A stretch of 63,732 nt of DNA, filler included, from Perkinsus chesapeaki ATCC PRA-425 (lineage: Eukaryota; Protista; Perkinsozoa), in NCBI GenBank assembly GCA_013115145.1. It is 3 parts of 3 records of this genome, joined end to end, with 100 filler letters (N's around TTAATTAATTAA, not from the genome) between each part and the next. Parts side by side here need not be neighbours in the genome. Positions count along the whole stretch, not along the records: positions 1 to 28,973 come from JAAPAO010000460.1; 2 more parts are not named here. One strand, given 5' to 3'. Within the stretch, counting starts at the first letter, position 1; each line of letters begins with the position of its first letter. The position numbers and the translations under genes are program-made. Under the pieces are notes generated by a model. That model was given only the letters and a program-made list of their open reading frames with translations. It did not search any database and was not told where the DNA came from. Shown one piece after another: positions 12,801-25,451 of this stretch.

Positions 12801-14378
12801 ATCATAAAAACGCGTGAATGTACACAAGTCGCTAATGGAAAAAATGGAAAAATTTCGGGAAATTTTTTGTCTCGCAGGAGGCGACCTTTTACATGCCAGT
12901 GACGGTTTCAGTAGGGGTATCTTTCAAAATAAGCTAACCTCATGGAAGTAGGCTCCTCCCAAAGATTCTCATAGTTTTTTTCATGGTTTTGCTGACCACT
13001 GCCGGTCTGGCGAGCGTTCGGCATTTGACGCGTTGCTCTGCGCGGCTTGGTTTGTCTCGGTCTGTGATAGGCCGTTATTTTTGCACACCCTCTTTACGGG
13101 TAAAATCCAAAGAAGAGGAGAAGTCGGAGCAAGTCTTTGGTAGGTAGATTTGTAACCATATTCTTCGACTTTTGCGAGCTGTTTCGAGGTGTATGCCCGA
13201 AAAATAGTAATTATCACTTGGTCTGGAGCGGTGATGCTTTCTCCGCAATTTTGAACGTTAGCATTTGGGAATGCACTCAATACCGAGGGACGTGAAAACC
13301 GGGAAGAAGTGCGAAGTTTCTTGGAAGAAAAAATTCCAAGAAAATTTTCCTCGTTAAACTCGTGAGGCTAACACGCAGACTCGTAGAAACCTTGTTGAAA
13401 TGGATACTGTGAGCAGCGAACTCGTAGTACGATATTGAGGATTGCTTATGTCTTCTTAAATCTCTATTCACAATATCTTAATGATATCACTGAAGCGATA
13501 TCATTGACCAGCGGGGAAGCATTTGAACACTCTCAAGCTCAGACGTGAAAATAAAAAAATATTATTTAACATGGCATTTATCTATTATATTATCATCAAA
13601 TGGATATCTGTTATTACTGAAACCATATTATACATCACTGGTTAATTCTTACGATAATCTCAATATTTATTGACAACCAGCTTTTTCCGAATCGTATTTT
13701 TGCTGTATATAATTTAATTCTTCAAACACAAGCGTTTATATTTTTCGCTCCTTCAGGTCCCCGCACCAAAACCGATCACGAGTCTAAAACCTCTTGTTTG
13801 GCGGCAGCCAAGGCATCTTCATTCGATGTCGAGGGGACAGTTTCTGTGTCGGTCCCAGTGGCCAGCAGGTATGCGCAGGAATTGTTATATTCTGCCGTCC
13901 ATTCATATCGACGATGAAACAACATTTTCATGGGAAAGTTTTGTCATAAAGTTTTTCTGGCATCTTTTCTAGAAAATTTCTGAAGTCTATGCCCTCCATT
14001 TCTCTATTGGGATATATTGTTGAACAGATCCGTAGGGAATCCCTGATGATCATCCCATACACTCGTCTATCTTGCATTCCACATAATGCAAGTCATCGAT
14101 GGCAGAGAGAATCACCGAAAAATCTTCGCGCGGCTTGGCAAAGAAACCGGAATGTTTTTTGTTGAGGAAACCAATCAGATATTCCAACTTTTCAGGGTAT
14201 CTCATGAGGGGTTGCCAGTCGATGCCAGCTCCGATCCGGTGGATGAACTCATCGGGGAGAATCTTAAAACTGAGGACAAGAAAGAAGTAAGGAAACTATG
14301 ACATATCGTGAGAATCGGTTTTCGGGAAGGGAAATTTTCTGAGGTTTCTAAGGAGCTTGAATTGTTCGGGTTTGGAGA

Positions 14379-14611
14379 GAGTATCTTTCGCACTATAACG
14401 ATTTGGAAAGAGTGTCTTTCGCACTATAACGATTTGGAAGGAGTATCTTTCGCACTATAACGATTCGGAAGGAGTGTCTTTCGCACTATAACGATTTGGA
14501 AGGAGTGTCTTTCGCACTATAACGATTTGGAAGGAGTATCTTTCGCACTATAACGATTCGGAAGGAGTATCTTACGCACTATAACGATTCGGAAGGAGTA
14601 TCTTTCGCACT
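14379..14611. repeat. 31-bp tandem minisatellite, ~7.5 copies (GAGTRTCTTTCGCACTATAACGATTYGGAAG)
   Basis: Head-to-tail units without spacers, just upstream of the first supported MFS exon (probably intronic). Confidence 0.95.
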
Positions 14612-14651
14612 GTCAAGGTTTTGCTATCATCCAGTACCGTTGTTATCTCAG

Positions 14652-17185
14652 TCTCCAAGCCCAGGAGAGTTCCTCCCTATTGACCGTCGTGTTTGGCCGA
14701 TTGCATTGTCGACCGGTTTGATGGGAATATCGATTGGATTGGTAAGTCTCGATGGACCATTCTGCGTTCAGGAAAATCTTATTAATAGAAACTACATCCA
14801 GTTCACCTAAATTTCAAGCATCTGATTCAAGACTTTCAACATAAAATATACCCCAGCTTACTGAGAAGAGTTGCTCAGTTTTGTTTATCTTGCGCAGATG
14901 ACCCTTTTCAGGTCCAACCTGTTCTCCCATTGCTCGCTACAACCCTCAACATCTCCACTGCGCAATTCGGTCAAGTTATCGCTGTTGTTGGCCTCTCCCG
15001 GATTTTTTGTAATCATTTTTATCGCTTCGCTCCACCGGTTCTATTCAGGTACAATTCCTACCTCAATCTTGGCAGATGTATTCGGCAGGAGGCCTCTACT
15101 GGTCTACGGCGCAGCGGCATCTGCGCTGAGCATGGCTGGCCTCGGAGCTGCGACCAGTTTTAACCAACTTTTGTAGGTGGTTTTTTTCCAGGTAAAATAA
15201 AGTCCGAATTTCAGGTTCTGGCGTCTTTTCGGTGGCGCCGCTTCTGCTGGTCAAATGACAGGCGCTCACCTTTATTTGGCAGATATTTCTAAACCGGTGA
15301 GCATTCTAGATTTTAGTTCCATCAACTAGGCAATCAGGAGAACCGCTCAAGGACGATGGCGCCGGTGGTCGCCGCCTGGGGAGTCGGTTTTGCGGCGGGG
15401 CCGGCGGTGGGGGGCCTGCTGGCTGAAGCTTTCGGAACGCAGGCTCCATTTTTCGGTAAGACCTGGAAGGTTGTTGGAATCGGGGATTCATCCAGCCTAC
15501 TTTATGAAATTCAGGGAATTTCTGATGGGAGATATTATTCTGGAGGGAAGATAATCTTATTTTCGTGGATGCTTCTGGTGTCACTCGATCACTGTGAGGG
15601 CTCTCTTGTATAGTAAACCCCAGCTTCCTTTTAGGAATATGAATATTAGCATTAAATTCACCATCACGCCTCCTGTTTCAAGTTGAGACCTGTTAAAACT
15701 TCTAACAGTTCACTGAGTTCTTACATGTCATGATCAGGCACGGCGGTAGTGATCGCTGGTGTTGCAGCCATCAACCACAAAATGCTGCCAGAGACTCACA
15801 AAAGGCAAGTCTAGGCCGCACTAGGATTGTTGAAGGATGCTCGAACAGGTCACTTGAGTCCAACAGGAAGGACCGTGTACCGATTCGGGTGACACTGGCT
15901 AATTATAGAGAGTTGCTGAAGCATCCTATCATACGGCAGGCGAGCCTCATCACAGGAGCGTTCTGGTTTATGCAGACAGGTGAGGGGTGTCAGAAGGAAT
16001 TAATTTCACGTTTTCTTTTGGGACTGAAATCGTCCAGAGCAAAATCGGCATTTTCCGGACATAACTCGCTCTATGGATTTCTTATTAATTTCCCACTGGG
16101 ATTCTTGAATCCATAATTTATGACTTGGTTTACGGACGTTGAAGCCATGGCGATGTGCATAGCTCTTCTTTCGGAAGTGGCTCTAACTGGCAGCATCTGG
16201 GTGATCAAATAAAATCTCGGAATCCCTTTTAGGTTGCCAACTTTGTCTCCTACCGCTACTGCTCGTTCAGCAGTTTTCCTTCTCTGCTGGAGGTGTCGGA
16301 GCCGTCTACGCAACGCTGGCAGCTACCGGAGCACTTCTCAGTCAACCAGCTGCGTAAATTACACTCCATCTTGCTCTTCGTTAAAATCATTTCTCAGGCA
16401 CATTTCGGATAGAGTATCTCGTCGATCATGTATCGTCCCCGGCTCTCTCATAGCAGCTGCTTCAGTGGCCGCTTTACCTATTGCGGCAGCCACAGGTAAC
16501 ATAACAGCTTCGAGCTGAGCAGCAATATCCTACTCAGGTTCAACACCTTTACTCTATACCTGTTTGAGTGGCTGGGCGGTCGGCTCGGCCTTGGTAGGGA
16601 CTGCACCAACTGCACTTGTTGCCGATGCAGTTAGTGAGAAAGAAAGGTAAGAAAGAGGACTTCCCGCCAATGGCATATTTAATACAAGCATTGTGATCAT
16701 CCAATTTCATGGAAATATGTTCATCGAGGGTTCAAAGGTGTTCCTACTGCGGAAAGATCTTAAAATTTGTTCTATACCTAGAGCGGGAGAATAAAGTAAT
16801 TTACTCCGCTGGGGATGTTCTTTAACGACTATATTTTGCGATACAAAGGTACTTCCGACTTTCACTTGTATATGATTGGGGTTAATGTAGCACGGGGAAG
16901 TGGATCAAGTGTCATAAGTTGCCGTGTGCGACGACAGTGTTGTGTTATTCGTTATGGCATCTCTCTTGCTTCAGAGCAAGCGCGTTGGCGCTACTCCGTA
17001 CAGCTCAAGATTTCGGAGGTCTTCTCGGCCCACTTATCCTCGCTTGGGCAGCCGATATGTACGCCTCGCTTACTCGGTGTTTGCATTATTCCCTTGACAG
17101 GTTCGGTATGGGCGTGCCGTTGTATTCGGCGGCAGCAAGTGTTTCCGTCGTGGCGCTGCGTTTCTGGTTTAAAATCAAACGATAG
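14652..17185 (+). CDS. Major facilitator superfamily transporter (DHA1/tetracycline-efflux-like), multi-exon
   Basis: Spliced exons give 'VQPVLPLLATTLNISTAQFG', motif A 'ILADVFGRRPLL', motif C 'GFAAGPAVGGLL' and 'LRTAQDFGGLLGPLILAWAAD'. Stop at 17185. The 5' end may extend to exons near 13757-14130. Confidence 0.85.
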
Positions 17186-17809
17186 TACACTGTCATTGTT
17201 ACTAATAAGGTTTTCTGTATGATTGATGAACTATATAATTTATTCACTGCTCTCACTAACAATATCGTACTTGTGTTACTACAAAGTTCACACGATACAG
17301 CGAGACACTCGCCAGTGTTTCACCAATTTTACGCGGAAAGCTGTTTCTCGCGTTGTGCGGAACAAGAAAAAGTAAATACCCAGTTGCTGAAGCGGTACTC
17401 CTTCCTTGTTGGTAAACCTCAAAATGTTCAAGGCATTCCAAGCAATTCCGTGCTTCTGTATAAGCCCCTTTACGGCCCCTTTTGGGAGTTAGAGGTTGAG
17501 GTCTAGCTTGAAAGCACAAAGTCCCACCTACGTGGTTTCCCCAACTGCCTTCCTCGTCCAACGTCCAAGCTCATAAGGGGTTATCAAGCGCCGAGTTGTA
17601 TATAATACCACGCAATCTATAGCTTCCACCGAAAGCTTCCACAAACCCTAACCTGCCCAGTTGCTCTTCCGTCGAAATACGATATTTACACTCCTGAAAA
17701 CGTGAACTTGTTTCCCGCGATGATCCAATGATGCGGAATGGGCGTGGTGAAAACAAAATTTAGTCGGTGTGATAAAAATATGGCATCCGTGGAACTCCCC
17801 GGGATAACA

Positions 17810-18870
17810 TTAGATTTTCAGTTCGGCGTCGGTATATTGTCGCTCTCTACTGTGGGTAGAGGATCTGTCGATCCCCAATGGGGTGGCTGGCAACGAGGAT
17901 ATGTAGTTCACACTTCGTTGCCCCTCGGCAATTGAACAACAACGCTTTACTAGCAACACAAGCCTGATCGAGCTAATAGTTGAAAACAAGGTTGCTATGA
18001 TAATGAGTGATGTTGCCTCAGAGAAATTGAAATCATCGGAGCACAACCTCCTGAGTAGATGCTTCACTATTACCAAGCTAACACAAGAGTATACCGATGC
18101 ATACCGTTCACACCAATGAGTGAAGTCTGAAGAACGGATTAGTTCTCCACGCATGAAAAAGGGGCGTGCTGTCTACTCATCTACTTCACCAGCATAAGCT
18201 GGACAGTAACCCAAGTCACGGAATTGTGGATTCATTCGTAAATGAGTCCAGTTCTTATAACCGACAATCTCCTTGTGGATAGCAACTCTCTCCTCTAGAT
18301 TCCTAGCCCACATATTCAGATGCTTGTGGGGAGGTATGATGTAGAACTGTCGCGGTAGAGCATCCTGTCCAAGACGGGGTGCGAAATCGAGCAGTTGCTC
18401 TGCCCGTCAGTTGAAGCACTTGCGTAAAGTCAGAACATGCCGAACCACAGTCGCCATCGGTTACAAAAGCAACTTCCGTCCAATAGTTCTTGTCATAATC
18501 TGGACCGACAATACTCGGCATCCCTTCGTTCAGCAAAGAAGAGCAGAATCCCCAAACACCTCTGGCGGAGTATTTGCTGAGGGAGGAGCTGTTTCCCTAG
18601 GCTGGAGTTTCTATCGAGGAAAAAGCGGCTCTTGAGCAAGCGCTTGAAGGACTTCGCTCGTTCGGAAGCTGTGGCCTCAGACAGTATCATAGCTTCGATC
18701 TCCTTCAAACGAGCAACCTCGTGAGCCTCTATCCCCGCTGGGTCCCCAGGGGTAGACAGTAATTGTTCAGCGTAGTTGACAAGAAGATAGAGTTGTTGAA
18801 ATCTTTCATGAATAAAACCAGGGTTGAAACCAGGGCTGACGCTGAAAAACAATAGGATCGGAATATAATA
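17810..18870 (-). pseudogene. Frameshifted S41-family peptidase-like gene (C-terminal half) with C-terminal TM anchor
   Basis: 'EVAFVTDGDCGSACSDFTQVLQLTGRAT' matches the S41 'TDGxCxSxC' nucleophile region. It is followed after a frame break by 'DALPRQFYIIPP' and an in-frame spliced last exon (17810-18147) with a hydrophobic tail. Two frame breaks (~18560, ~18395). Upstream remnants may reach ~20300. Confidence 0.55.
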
Positions 18871-20449
18871 ACAAACCAGCAAAAGCCGATTGCGAGGCCT
18901 ATGTTGAGGTATTATTGTGAGGCATATCAGATTTACTAAACAGAGCAATATAAGAGCTAGAAGGCTATCGTAGAGTTTGCCTGTTCTACAGGTTTAAGGG
19001 ATGCCAAATGGGCATGCTTTGATGCTCATAGCGAGATGAATAGGATTCCTTCCTCTACGTGCACGCATGCATAAAAATGGCGCCACTTTGCGCCATTTAC
19101 CAACGCGGTAGACAACTGGACAGGTGAGAATGAATCTCAACGACCTACTGGTGATGCCACTCAATGCCAAAACCCCGTGAGCAATTAGATTCCCCCATTT
19201 GGGCTGCCAGAAGCTCGTACAGTACACAAACCGCACGGCATGCGAGCCCACAACAAATGGCAGCAACTTATCCATTGGAGCCGCAGAATGGACCTTTGAA
19301 GAGCTCGATACGTTTTTCCATGGGTTCGGTATTGGCATCCTCCAGAAAGCGTGCAATTGTAAGCCAATAAGCCGCGAGCATGCGTAGGTTTTATGAATTT
19401 GGATACTCTGCGGGTTTGGAAACGCGGCTTGACATAAATGTTGCTCGCGATGCAACGCGGATAAATGCTCCATGCGGTGGCGGCGCCATCTCAGCAGATC
19501 CCGGCCTGCGTGTGTGAGTTTATAGTCCAACGCCGGAGAAGGCTTAGTTAGACTATCCATACTGTGTACAGCTTCCGAACGAGAGTTTAATACCTTAGTA
19601 TACCTACACTGTCATTGCATGGCTTACCCAAAGGAATTTATCCAAAGTCAAGGGATCGTACTCCTCCGGGAGGAGTCCTCCTAGCAGAGTTCACTTACGC
19701 GTCCAATGCCCTGTCCACAACTACCAGAACACAACGGCTCCCAAGGTGCGGAAGTATTCCGGTGTATACCTCTTTCTGCCGGCTATCTCCTAACTACTAT
19801 GTTAGCGGCGCTTACTAAGAGCTCCCTAATAGCACGCACAAGGAGCAGCACGTAAGTGAGTGTGAGTAGTTCGACTGGCAAGCTTGGTCGCTCCATAGGC
19901 ATCCAATAATAAGGTACCTTGCACTCAGCGGTGGTGAACCAGCAGTGTGTTTCTAGAGCACTGCTTCAGAAACCCCCCACCACCACTTGAAGGCTCATAG
20001 AGCATGAGAGGCGTTTTTGGGTTATCGGTATGGGATTTCTAATTGGATTCATGTTGACATGTTGCATGGTTTAAGAGGTAATCGGTTACTTAGAAGAATA
20101 CCTGGATCTACGTCGTGAAATGAGCCACCGGGGCGATCTGAGCTGATTTGCCTCAGGACCCCTGAACCAGGGGGCGGTGAACAATTAACAATGTCGCAAC
20201 TCAAAAAAACGCTATTCATTGTCTTAAGGGGTGATAACATGTAGCCTGTCACGGGTCATCTCTCAGAAGCTGTTGCACATGGAGTGGATAGTGAAACTAA
20301 GCCATTCCCGGCGTTGAACTATAAACTCATACACACTACTTATGAAGCATACGGGCTACAACAGAATCTCATCATTCGATTGGAAGCCCCTTTTCATCAA
20401 ATACCTGAATAGACCAATCCTCAATAATAGAGACAGAATTTACTTTATA

Positions 20450-21890
20450 ATCTCCCGCTCTTGCTCATCCTTGAATTCATCGACATGGGCAGACTCGCCC
20501 GCATAAGTCTCCGCCGCCCTACTGAGAACTTCACATCCGCTAGAATCATACGCAACTCGGCACCGACTTGCCCTTCACTGATGAATCCGGTCTCACTCTC
20601 TTCGGTTCCACAGCTGCTTCTTGGATATGCTGGAATCCAAGCGGTACGGTCGTAATCAAAGCCATGCTACTTGGTCATTTTTATTGAAGCTTTTTTGTGA
20701 CAGCAATGCGTTGAAACTTCTGCTACTCGCCTAAGCATTGCCCAGGCGAGTTCAGTAAAAAACTGTTCCTTCAATCGACTTTCGCGGCTATACCAAAGTC
20801 TTTCTCCAAGCCAAGTCCGCCGCCTCCTGTGCTGCACAACGAGCTCGGCTGATGTCACCCGTGCGCTTTGCACCAGCCATAGCGTCCATCATGCGTTTTA
20901 TATCACTGATGGCACTTGCCCCTAAAGGTGACTGCTCTCACCATATAGTTATGATTTCCTTACTATCCAGTTGCCCCTGACGCCTCGATTCATTCAGAGC
21001 GCGACTGCGCTGTATTTTCAGCACTTTATCAGCCCTCAGCTTTTCAAGTCGGCCCTCTTGGTCAATCTTTCGCATTTGTATGTTACGTATGGTATTGTCC
21101 TTCCGATAAGATTCCCAGTGCGTCGTTTTTAGCTTACCTGGTACATTTTTGATTGTTCACCTTTCGCCCTGCTGGCTTCTTCAACACGTGCGTTGCGACG
21201 ATCGCTCTGCATTTTCTTGCGAACCATTAACAGTTGCCTACGCAGTCCTAATCTAAACCGACATGTGCCGTCGTTCACTTGTATCTCTCTTGATGAAGTT
21301 CAGACCGCCAATCGGCCTCCTCCAATGCTTTGGCGATTTCAAGCTCCTTTCGGCGGTCAATTGCCTCGTTACAGACGTGGCGGCTTTCTCACGAAATGGT
21401 CCCTACCAGCCTTCTCATGAGATTGACCTTGAGAGCTTCGTCAACAGGGAACGGCCCGAGCTGCGAACAGTAATAGTGTCATCGAATCTACATGGAGCTA
21501 ACTCTACTTTCTTTTTCCTGTCAACGGAATCACTCTTGTGCGCCTCTTTACCATTGCTCTGGTTAAGGAAACGCTCCAACATTCAACCCCGCACTAGCCT
21601 ACTTCACTGCTGGATTCGGCAAAGGATGTTTGACCGCCATAGCGCCGTTCAGCTTCCCGTAGTTCCTGACAAGCTATTCAACCCTCCATTCCTCGTAAAG
21701 CGCCGACCTTTTCCATCGTTAAGAATATCTCGGTTCTTGCTTTGTGTGCCTCGTTTAGCTCTGCAGCGAATGTGTCACTAATGTGCTCCGAAGTGGTATC
21801 AGCCTTGTTGCAAAACCGTGCTGCTTTCGACGAGGTTTTCCTCATGATTGAACTCGCTAATCTAGCCCGGCAGCGGTTGTGCAACACAGG
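20450..21890 (-). CDS. Hypothetical charged/coiled-coil protein, multi-exon
   Basis: R/K/E-rich open exons, e.g. 'RQLLMVRKKMQSDRRNARVEEASRAK' and 'RNIQMRKIDQEGRLEKLRADKVLKIQRSRALNESRRQ', with GT-AG boundaries. Ends uncertain. Confidence 0.4.
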
Positions 21891-22730
21891 CTCACTCTGT
21901 TTTAGGAAACTTTACAGCACATGGAATCACAGACAGACCCTCACGCTGGAGGTAGCGTCAGTGTAGTACCTATTCGGATGGATAAGTATCCCAATGTTCC
22001 CTCTGTTTGTAGCAATGGATCTGATACCGATGGAAAGACGCTTTACTGCAGTTCGATGGAGTCCCCGACAGAGGTTCCACGGCAGAACAGAGCAGGGCGG
22101 ATAGTCTCTCCACAAAGGGCCGTTAATACCTGGTTGTTTATATTTGCTGAAATAGCTGCTTTTTTAAAATAATAGGGTTTCACTGGTGCACTGTCCCATC
22201 ACACACTTGTCAAATGACTACGTGGCGTAAGCCTCCCTCTTACTACTCCATTTGGTTACCTTCTACTCTATTCTAGACTAGAATAACCACTTGTTCTATG
22301 GTTTATTTCTTACATAAGTTTAATGCATTCTCATCATTGGTTTACGAAGGTGATCTTCGAGGGTTTGAAAATGTTTACATCGTAAAATTAAGTTTATTCG
22401 CTCCTGTTTGTGGCGCGGTCCATGAGTTATTCTTTCTCAATCTGCGAGCACTAAGGAGGATCGGTTTCAATACTTTCCTTAAAGGTTCGCTCAGTTGGTT
22501 TAATGTTGATCAAAGAGAGTTGCATTACTGTCAATTAAAGATGATCTCCACCGTCTAAGGTATCGCCTTGCATCTCTGCTCCTCGGTTATGGTTCTCATA
22601 TTCACTCATACGTATGTGTATGTGGTAAAAAATATGCTTATGAACGAAAGGCTGCCAAGTGGAAAACTATAATTTGATCTATGCGGGAGAAAGCCCGTCT
22701 GAGAATAATAGTAGAATTATGATAAGACTA

Positions 22731-25451
22731 CTACCACATGAAGCAAGTTAAATGTACATCAAAAAGTACTAGTAATGCACCCAACAGATGACATGATAGG
22801 ATAACACTGCCACACAAATTGATCCAATAACGCATGGTAGAAGAACTTCCGAAGAGCAGGTCAATCACACGTGACCCATCAGTCGGTAGGACAAGGCTTG
22901 GAAACTGACAAGAAGAAATGTAATTAAACGCCCCAAAATCACCCCTATATGGCAATTGGGTATTCAACAATCACAGGGTTGAATTACAGGGATAACCAGG
23001 GCCTTCCGATTATTATGTCTTACATGATCAAATTCGATGGTTTACGCACCCTGTAGAATAATAGAAACCACGTTAATGTGTGATCACTACGATTAAGCTG
23101 CACTGCGCTAGGTGTTCTACTTCTTATAGATCTACGAGTCTTATAGTTCCCACTAGTACTTTGAGACGAGGTCACGTACTGCTGGAACAGTTAAACGAAC
23201 ACTCCCGAAGTGCCACTGGAAAATGTGATATCTTTTTCCTCGCAATTTTCGACCGCGTACCGTCAAATTATCAACTCCAGGTCAGTTGATAATTGGGCAC
23301 CGTGCCAGGCAGATGTTTATATATTGAAACGTAAGTCCACTGGACTTAGTCCAGACTTCGAGGATGATGAATCTTACCATATTCACAATCCCTAGAGCCA
23401 GACTGTTGGCTCCGGTAACAGCCAGAAGAGTCGCCAGTGAGCCACCGCTTGCAAGGTACTAAGAAAGAGAACAGCTGTAATTAACGGCCATTGACTTAAT
23501 AGTATTGAGTCAACGCTTTCACAGGATAAATCGGCGGGAGCATTTCCGGCCGTATAGTGTCCCAGCAGATGTACGCGAGCACACAACACTGTCTCCTTCA
23601 TTCCTAATAGGTGATTACCAGGCAGGCTGGCTCAAAACGACTCACATACCTCCATGATGAGACTTCAAGCCTATAGAAGCGAGTTATCACAGAATGCTGT
23701 GATTTAATTGTGTGATCTGTCCCTTTGTGCGTATCTTTCTTAGATTCCGCAAAAGCTAGGCTAGTTGTTAATTTCATATTCATATTTATAATACTATATT
23801 CCTCGTTTATATCTCTGAGTTCGGTTGATATCTGATATTCACGATACAGAAAAATACTATCAATTATTTTCGGGCGCGTGACTATCAGTCGCAAGTGCAA
23901 ATGTATCATTGACACCCGTTGAGTTACTCTCAATGGGAGAGCGCATACGCCAGTCAATAAAAAGTTGTATCCGGGCCCAGCGCAGAGAGTAACGAAAGCG
24001 GTTTGGCATCTGAGAGAGACGAAAATGCTACCACCCGACACAAATCGGGACACGTTCTTACGGTAAACGAAGGCGACGTTTGCTTCCTTCTCGGAATGAT
24101 GACGCGGCGAAGAGATCGATTTCTATCATAGCTGTTGGTACCAGAACCCATCTGAAAAGACAGGGCACTAATTCCTACGAATCTGTGATGCCCGGGTTAT
24201 TCGAATGTGTTAGACAATTACTGTCCCCATGGAGAAGCGCCATTTATACAGAAGGAAATCAACTCGTCTTCTCTCTCTAGCAACATATATATAATTTCTG
24301 TCCCTCGAGGCATGACTGGATGAGCATAATTGTCGGTGTCACATTGTCCACCGATGTCATTTAATGACGCAACCTCCACATTCTGAATCCACGGACGCCT
24401 CGAGTACATAGACTCCTATTATTTAATACGCATGGATGCAAGGGGCGGCAACTGTGTCGTGAATAGTGCATAGGCGCTAGTGTTGCCGCCGGTGACTCTC
24501 CGAAGATGATTTTTCCAAAGAATCGGTGGAGGTTGTATCTACAAATGTGTGCGGCTTGTAACCATACCAACAGGAATACTCAGGCAGAAAGCCTTCGAGA
24601 GACTTTTCAATTTGAGAAAAAACAAGTTATCATAAAAAGCATATGAACCACGGAATTGATCAATAAATCCATTTGCCTCACCACCTCAGTCCAATGGCGA
24701 TCTTCCGTACAGGAACACCAAAAGCAGCGGCTGCAAAAGCATGGCCTGCTTCGTGAACCTTGAAAAAAGAAGATGTGCAAGCAAGCTGAGACCCATTGCT
24801 TTGGCTGGAAGATGAGATAACTTTTGGGAAATATTCGCGATTTGAAACCGTACAAATAAGGCTGTAACTCCTCCCAACCAGAGCATCGGGAACCTCGACC
24901 ATGGCAGAGTGAGTCCAGGTAACTAAATTGATAGAAAAATGGGAAAATCAGTTCATCTTACCATCAGGGCAGTGTGACCGACTGCTTGAGATCCGCTAAA
25001 GTCAGGCGGAAAGGCTGCATGGGAGAGGGGAAGTCCGACCTAGTGGAATCCACTGGTGTCTTGCGACTTGAAGATGAAATAATTGTTACAAGTAGAACTA
25101 ATGTTGCAGTGCAGGACACTATCCCAAGGAGTATATGGAAGAGGCAGATCCACGGCTGAGGGGGGCCAAAAGCCTCAAGCGTTGGGAACACCTGAGAAAA
25201 GTTCCGCAGAATCTACCACACATCGGAAAAAAAACAAATCGCTTGATCGAGAAGAAATGAAGGCAGTTGAAAACATCGTAGAAACAGTAAGTAATTGTTA
25301 CCTTTGCCAGGTCCCCAGCGGCTAGAATCGTTCCCGTAGAGAAATGATACAATATGGCAAAGTCTCCGCAGCACGGGAATCGGACAAGTGTGCGCAAAGG
25401 ACTTGAACTGCGACGAAGCGGGAGCGCCGAGCACTTGTCAAACATGGACAT
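22731..25451 (-). CDS. MBTPS2: Site-2 protease (MBTPS2-like, peptidase M50 intramembrane Zn metalloprotease), multi-exon
   Basis: Exons 25191-25040, 24995-24962, 24922-24854 and 24758-24685 splice in frame to '...ALMLPGLTLPWSRFPMLWLGGVTALFVHEAGHAFAAAAFG'. Downstream exons carry 'CAGPGYNFLL' (~23975) and 'LPTDGSRVIDLL' (~22880), so all three M50 motifs are present. Middle exons unresolved. Confidence 0.82.

Noticed and set aside
9932-13480. Exon-like segments on both strands between the SLC36 and MFS genes
   Set aside because: Probably one or two hypothetical genes, but no consistent model or family could be supported. The same applies to 25485-27204, 30200-31200, 34968-35260 and 52400-54250.
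14379-14611. CRISPR-like array (31-bp repeats; also the 23- and 26-bp arrays)
   Set aside because: Units are contiguous with no unique spacers, there are no cas genes and the context is eukaryotic; these are minisatellites.
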